Part shown: one piece after another, positions 53,549 through 57,236 of the stretch
How positions within the stretch are numbered: position 1 is the stretch's first letter
Layout: every line of letters begins with the position of its first letter
NCBI GenBank assembly: GCA_964616045.1
Contig: CAZTTU010000004.1
Coordinates: 1-57,236 of the forward strand
Length of the DNA: 57,236 nucleotides
Source of the DNA: an uncultured Verrucomicrobiota bacterium
GTDB lineage: Bacteria > Verrucomicrobiota > Verrucomicrobiia > Limisphaerales > UBA1100
Reading direction: 5' to 3'
Made by a program: the position numbers and the translations under genes
The notes under the pieces: model-generated
Told to the model about the DNA's origin: nothing
What the model saw: only the letters and a program-made list of their open reading frames with translations
The model's database searches: none

Positions 53549-53818
53549 CTACATCACCATCGAGGGCATCTTGTCGAAGATATTGGTGGTGTAGTCCATC
53601 AATGTCCGCACCATCCAAGGCATAATTAAAAAGAGCAATAATGCCACTGCCAGTGCCTTGGGGACAAAGGTCAGTGTCTGCTCCTGCAACGAGGTAACGG
53701 CCTGGAAGAGACTCACCAATAAACCGACTGCCATGCCGGTGAGAAGCAACGGCATGGCGATCATCATGATGTGAGTCATCAATCCTTTCATTAGTTCAAC
53801 TACATAATCAGGACTCAT
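53549..53818 (-). CDS. fliQ: flagellar export apparatus protein FliQ
   Basis: MSPDYVVELMKGLMTHIMMIAMPLLLTGMAVGLLVSLFQAVTSLQEQTLTFVPK. I prefer the ATG at 53818 (GGGAAG RBS; 89 aa) over the track start at 53842, which overlaps fliP. Confidence 0.9.
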   Translation of the reverse strand: MSPDYVVELMKGLMTHIMMIAMPLLLTGMAVGLLVSLFQAVTSLQEQTLTFVPKALAVALLLFLIMPWMVRTLMDYTTNIFDKMPSMVM

Positions 53819-53831
53819 AATCTTCCCTTTG

Positions 53832-54638
53832 TCAGACTCCAAAACTTAAGGCTAACGACCGAACCACCAGAGTCCAGCCATCCACAAGTACAAACAGGAG
53901 AATCTTGAGCGGCATGGAGATGGTCACCGGCGGCAGGAACAGCAGACCGAGACTCATCAAGACAATCGCCACTACAAAATCAACCAAAATAAACGGAATA
54001 AACAACAAGAACCCCATCTGGAAGCCGGTTCTCAATTCGCTAAGGATGAAGCCCGGAATCACCACACTCATGGGCAAATCCTCCACCTTAGTCGGCCCCA
54101 TCTTGGCAAGGCCCACAAAAAATTCCACATCCTTGGGTCGAGCCTGACGTAGCATGAAATCTTTCACATGCCCTTTGGCCTCATCCAGCGCCTGTCCTCC
54201 GGTAATAGCACCGGCAGAGTATGGCTGAATCGCATCCGCATCAATGCGCTGATAAACCGGCTGCATGATGAAAAAAGTCATAAACAAGGAAAATCCAATC
54301 AAGATCTGGTTGGCAGGCACTCCCTGCAACGAAAGTGCGTTGCGCAAAAAAGAGAACACGATGATGATTCGAGTAAAACTCGTCATCAACATCACCAGTG
54401 AGGGTGCCACGGTAAGCAACGTGATGAGAAACACAATGCGAATGGCAACATCCACCTTTTTTGGCTCTTCCGGCAGATTCATGCCAATGTTGAAATTGAA
54501 GGCGTTGGTCGTGGACCCCCCAGTCGCCTGTGCAAAAAGCCCTTCGGCGGTGATGATCAACAAAATCAGCACCAACCATCCCCATCGACGCGCATATGAA
54601 CGGGTTTGAATTGTTTGAGTTGCAACTGTGGAGCTCAT
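53832..54638 (-). CDS. fliP: flagellar export apparatus protein FliP
   Basis: N-terminal signal-like segment, then TLLTVAPSLVMLMTSFTRIIIVFSFLRNALSLQGVPANQILIGFSLFMTFFIMQPV and FLLFIPFILVDFVVAIVLMSLGL. Confidence 0.95.
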   Translation of the reverse strand: MSSTVATQTIQTRSYARRWGWLVLILLIITAEGLFAQATGGSTTNAFNFNIGMNLPEEPKKVDVAIRIVFLITLLTVAPSLVMLMTSFTRIIIVFSFLRNALSLQGVPANQILIGFSLFMTFFIMQPVYQRIDADAIQPYSAGAITGGQALDEAKGHVKDFMLRQARPKDVEFFVGLAKMGPTKVEDLPMSVVIPGFILSELRTGFQMGFLLFIPFILVDFVVAIVLMSLGLLFLPPVTISMPLKILLFVLVDGWTLVVRSLALSFGV

Positions 54639-55207
54639 GATTTTCTATTGAGAAAAGATTTTAGTTTTGCAGCGAAAGAGCCTGATTCCAGCTCTGAGGG
54701 TTCCTCGCCCTCCAACATTTCATCAGCAAGACCATCGAGGTTAGTGAGGAAATTTGTTCCTGCGGGCGAATCTGCGATCAGAAAACGTTTCTCGCCATAT
54801 TCCACCACGTGCAAGGCGTGGCGTGAGCCGAGTGATTTTGTTTCAACAATTATCAGGTTTGACTGACTTGCTGGCAATAAGCCGAATAATCGAGATTTTC
54901 GAAACCACCAAGCCCCTCCCAACAAGATGGCCAACACCACCAGCAGTGCACCAAAAATTCTGAGCACCACAGCCATAAGATTCACCGGCTTGGATTCATA
55001 TTTCTCGCCGGGCGTGGAAAGACCATACACCCTCTGTGAAGCAGCAGATTCAAATTTTGACTTGGAGACCTTGGCTACCGTAGCATTGGTATCCCCGGTC
55101 GCGTTGAAATCCGGAGCTTTCGGCTCGGCGGCAGCTCCCGATTCCGCGAACAGCCAACCAACCGTCAGGCCAATCAGCCACAATCTGCATGTGCGATTTT
55201 TCATCAT
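54635..55207 (-). CDS. fliO: FliO-like flagellar biosynthesis protein
   Basis: Single TM region LVVLAILLGGAWWFRK followed by SLGSRHALHVVEYGEKRFLIADSPAGTNFL. Its stop overlaps the fliP start. I prefer the ATG at 55207. The track start at 55330 lies inside the sigma54 motif, and its first 41 aa look non-native. Confidence 0.65.
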   Translation of the reverse strand: MMKNRTCRLWLIGLTVGWLFAESGAAAEPKAPDFNATGDTNATVAKVSKSKFESAASQRVYGLSTPGEKYESKPVNLMAVVLRIFGALLVVLAILLGGAWWFRKSRLFGLLPASQSNLIIVETKSLGSRHALHVVEYGEKRFLIADSPAGTNFLTNLDGLADEMLEGEEPSELESGSFAAKLKSFLNRKS

Positions 55208-55323
55208 GTTCAACCTTGTAGGTTGGTGCACTCCGTTGCGGTTGGCTCCCTCCGACCCCGCCCTCCTTGGCGGCTCCTCGCACCCGAGTGGCCCGGAAAA
55301 AGATACCAACACTCCCTTTGTGC

Positions 55324-55339
55324 AGCACATGACGTGCCA
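55324..55339 (-). promoter_or_regulatory. sigma54-type promoter candidate upstream of fliOPQR-flhB
   Basis: The minus strand reads TGGCAC-GTCAT-GTGCT (extended TGGCACGTCATGTGCTGC, 55339->55322). It is 17/18 identical to 26363-26380 and lies in the gap after fliN. Confidence 0.5.
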
Positions 55340-55449
55340 TTTTATGAAAAATTGGATTTATTCAACAAATTCCAAATAAATCAGAATTTATGGGAGGATA
55401 TGAGTGTTTTAGCCTTTTAATTCTTTTAAAGGCTAATTTACTAGCTGAT

Positions 55450-55830
55450 CTATTTGGCCACAATCTCCTTGATCCGAATCCCAAAATTGTCTTCAGCCAC
55501 CACCACTTCGCCGCGGGCAACAAGTTTTTGATTCACAAACACATCTACACTGGCATTAGCAGGCTTGTCGAGTTGTACGACTGATCCAAGTTCCAAATCC
55601 AGCAACTCTTGCATGGTCATTTGGCAGTTGCCGAGTTCGGCTGTGAGTCTCACGGGCACATCAAGCAAAAAATCGAGGTTGGTATGCTGATCGGTCTCAG
55701 CACCTGCAGAACCAGACGCTGTCTCTGCAGCAGTCGCCTCTTTAGTTTTAGCCTCGGTTGCCTCGGTTGCCTCGGTTGCCTCGGTTGCCTCGGTTGCCTC
55801 GGTTGCTTCGGTTGCTTCGGTATCACTCAT
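55450..55830 (-). CDS. fliN: flagellar motor switch protein FliN
   Basis: C-terminal SpoA domain LDFLLDVPVRLTAELGNCQMTMQELLDLELGSVVQLDKPANASVDVFVNQKLVARGEVVVAEDNFGIRIKEIV. The N-terminus is (TEA)x8. Confidence 0.9.
   Translation of the reverse strand: MSDTEATEATEATEATEATEATEATEAKTKEATAAETASGSAGAETDQHTNLDFLLDVPVRLTAELGNCQMTMQELLDLELGSVVQLDKPANASVDVFVNQKLVARGEVVVAEDNFGIRIKEIVAK
55750..55821 (-). repeat. in-frame 9-bp tandem repeat x8 encoding (Thr-Glu-Ala)8 at the FliN N-terminus
   Basis: Plus strand: (gcctcggtt)n then (gcttcggtt)2. Coding strand: 2x ACCGAAGCA, 5x ACCGAGGCA, 1x ACCGAGGCT. Confidence 0.95.
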
Positions 55831-55845
55831 GGTTCGGTCCCCTGT

Positions 55846-56928
55846 TTAAGGTTTAAATCGTTCGTTAATTTGCACAGCAGCCTTTTGATCCCTATTGCCC
55901 AAGCGGCCAATATATTTGGTTTGCCCGGCCAGGATCACTTCCACCTGATCCAACCGCTTAGGATCCAGAGGAATAATGTCGCCTGTCTTCAGTTCCAACA
56001 ACTCTCTGGCTAAAATCCTCAGATCGGACCATTGCGCTACCAATGGCATTTTCACCTTGTCGTAAGCAGAGTTCCACTCCTGTTTCGCTTGATGCCAATG
56101 GTCTTCTTCATCATCAACCACACTTTCTGATTGGTGAGCCAGATTGTGAACCAAGGGCTCCAGTCCTCGCACAGGAAAGAGCATCTGCATTTGATCCATG
56201 CAGTCTCCTATCTCAGCCTCAATGGAAATATGATAAAAGGTCTCATCCATACCGGACGAGGGAATGTGGCTGGGATCAGATTCATGTCCCAACATGCTCA
56301 CACGCAGGGGTTCCTCAAACTTCCAGAAATTAGCCCATTCCCGCAGGGCAATCTGGCCAATCTGATCGATCATTGCCGTCTCCACCTCACGGATAGAGCG
56401 ATCAGGATTCACGGCAAACCCTTTACCTCCCAGCATACGGTCGGCAATCGTGAGTCCCAACGGTTTGGAAATATCCAAGGCTCCAATGGCTTCAAATGGC
56501 TGGACCTTGAACAGTATCATGTGTCGTTCATGCGGAAATTGAGCGGCATATTTTGACAGGTCCACCACTTCAAGAGAGGCTTGCTCCATCAGTAGCTCAG
56601 TCCTCAAGAACAACGACAAACGAGCACCCAATGACCGAATAAGCGTTGAGTTATGTTGCTTAAATCGGTGAACCTCTGTGGAGGAAAGGGCGGCTTGTTT
56701 TCCAACGGTGAAGGTCCGTATCAAGCTGGCCGGCACATCCTCCTGCACCCCCGTCGGGCGATGTACTTGAATGCTTTCTTCGGGCGAACCGCCCTCAGGC
56801 GCATCCGTGCCCTCCTCGGCCATAGGATCATCGGCAAAACCCAGTACCGTATTGGGCATCCCTCCAACAGGGGAGGTCATATCCCGAAAAAGCCGTACTT
56901 CTGAATTTGGGTCAGGGCGCCAAGCCAT
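55846..56928 (-). CDS. fliM: flagellar motor switch protein FliM
   Basis: 360 aa. Middle domain with ...FKVQPFEAIGALDISKPLGLTIADRMLGGKG (GG.G motif) and a C-terminal SpoA-like VKMPLVAQWSDLRILARELLELKTGDIIPLD. Position is between fliL and fliN. Confidence 0.85.
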   Translation of the reverse strand: MAWRPDPNSEVRLFRDMTSPVGGMPNTVLGFADDPMAEEGTDAPEGGSPEESIQVHRPTGVQEDVPASLIRTFTVGKQAALSSTEVHRFKQHNSTLIRSLGARLSLFLRTELLMEQASLEVVDLSKYAAQFPHERHMILFKVQPFEAIGALDISKPLGLTIADRMLGGKGFAVNPDRSIREVETAMIDQIGQIALREWANFWKFEEPLRVSMLGHESDPSHIPSSGMDETFYHISIEAEIGDCMDQMQMLFPVRGLEPLVHNLAHQSESVVDDEEDHWHQAKQEWNSAYDKVKMPLVAQWSDLRILARELLELKTGDIIPLDPKRLDQVEVILAGQTKYIGRLGNRDQKAAVQINERFKP

Positions 56929-56937
56929 AATTTTCCT

Positions 56938-57236
56938 CTATTGCATGATCCATTTGGCCACAACTATTTCATCAATGGGATGATGCGCGCCAAGGATGCG
57001 TTGATATTGATTCTTCAAATCATTCTCGATTTGCTTGCGAACAATCGGGTTGGACAATTCCTTAATATCGCGTTCTGCTAATCTATCCATGGTCAATGAC
57101 TGTAATTTTTTAGAATTTTCATCGATTGCTCCCTTGAAACCCTTGTCCTTGTCATTTTTACGAGTGAGATAGATGTCCACGAGCAGATAACGCGAGCCAC
57201 CGGAGTTGGCAGGATTGACGACGATGGATTCACCCT
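56938..57236 (-). CDS. fliL: flagellar basal-body-associated protein FliL (3' part; 5' end outside window)
   Basis: The frame stays open to the window edge (the 'M' at 57180 is GTG). It reads GESIVVNPANSGGSRYLLVDIYLTRK...LKNQYQRILGAHHPIDEIVVAKWIMQ, the typical FliL C-terminal half. Confidence 0.75.
   Translation of the reverse strand, partial: GESIVVNPANSGGSRYLLVDIYLTRKNDKDKGFKGAIDENSKKLQSLTMDRLAERDIKELSNPIVRKQIENDLKNQYQRILGAHHPIDEIVVAKWIMQ

Noticed and set aside
55208-55330. The longer FliO start at 55330, and likewise the FliQ start at 53842 and the FHA start at 20793.
   Set aside because: Each extension overlaps a neighbouring gene or a promoter motif and adds non-native-looking residues. 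Downstream ATGs give canonical N-termini.

Overview
This 57.2-kb window has no rRNA, tRNA, CRISPR array, transposase or integrase that I can see. It falls into three blocks. (1) nt 2-19672 (+) is the 3' 19.6 kb of one giant surface or adhesin-like gene (>6,550 aa, 5' end outside the window). It is built from roughly three dozen Ig-like modules, ten LamG/ConA-like lectin modules, one 8-bladed PQQ/BamB-like beta-propeller, two NHL-like beta-propellers and a C-type-lectin-like module. Several Ig modules are interrupted by nested domain insertions. (2) nt 19737-21185 holds a divergent pair: a tail-anchored Hanks-type Ser/Thr kinase and a small FHA protein. (3) nt 21.3-57.2 kb is a flagellar locus. 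It has fliW-csrA-flagellin on the + strand and fliL(partial)-fliM-fliN-fliO-fliP-fliQ-fliR-flhB-flhA-flhF on the - strand. Between them lies about 25 kb of nucleotide-sugar and glycosyltransferase genes: an lhgO-like FAD oxidase, an extended SDR, HddC/HddA-like heptose activation genes, a minimal split TPP E1 alpha/beta pair, a ColD-type (Lys->His) PMP 3-dehydratase, two B12-type radical SAM enzymes (one a 1,227-aa four-part fusion), a CmcI-like methyltransferase, a 2,446-aa three-glycosyltransferase + TPR protein, two lipoproteins and a TPR-GT9 protein. My main hypothesis is that this insert is a flagellin (or flagellum-coupled) glycosylation island that makes an unusually tailored GDP-heptose-derived deoxysugar. 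Five sigma54-type promoter candidates (TGGCAY-N5-NTGCT) sit directly upstream of operon starts, in both the flagellar genes and the sugar genes. Two of them are 17/18 identical, which suggests co-regulation. The protein style (Ig + LamG giant protein) suggests a PVC/Verrucomicrobia-like host, but that is only a guess. All family assignments come from motifs read by eye; no searches were run.
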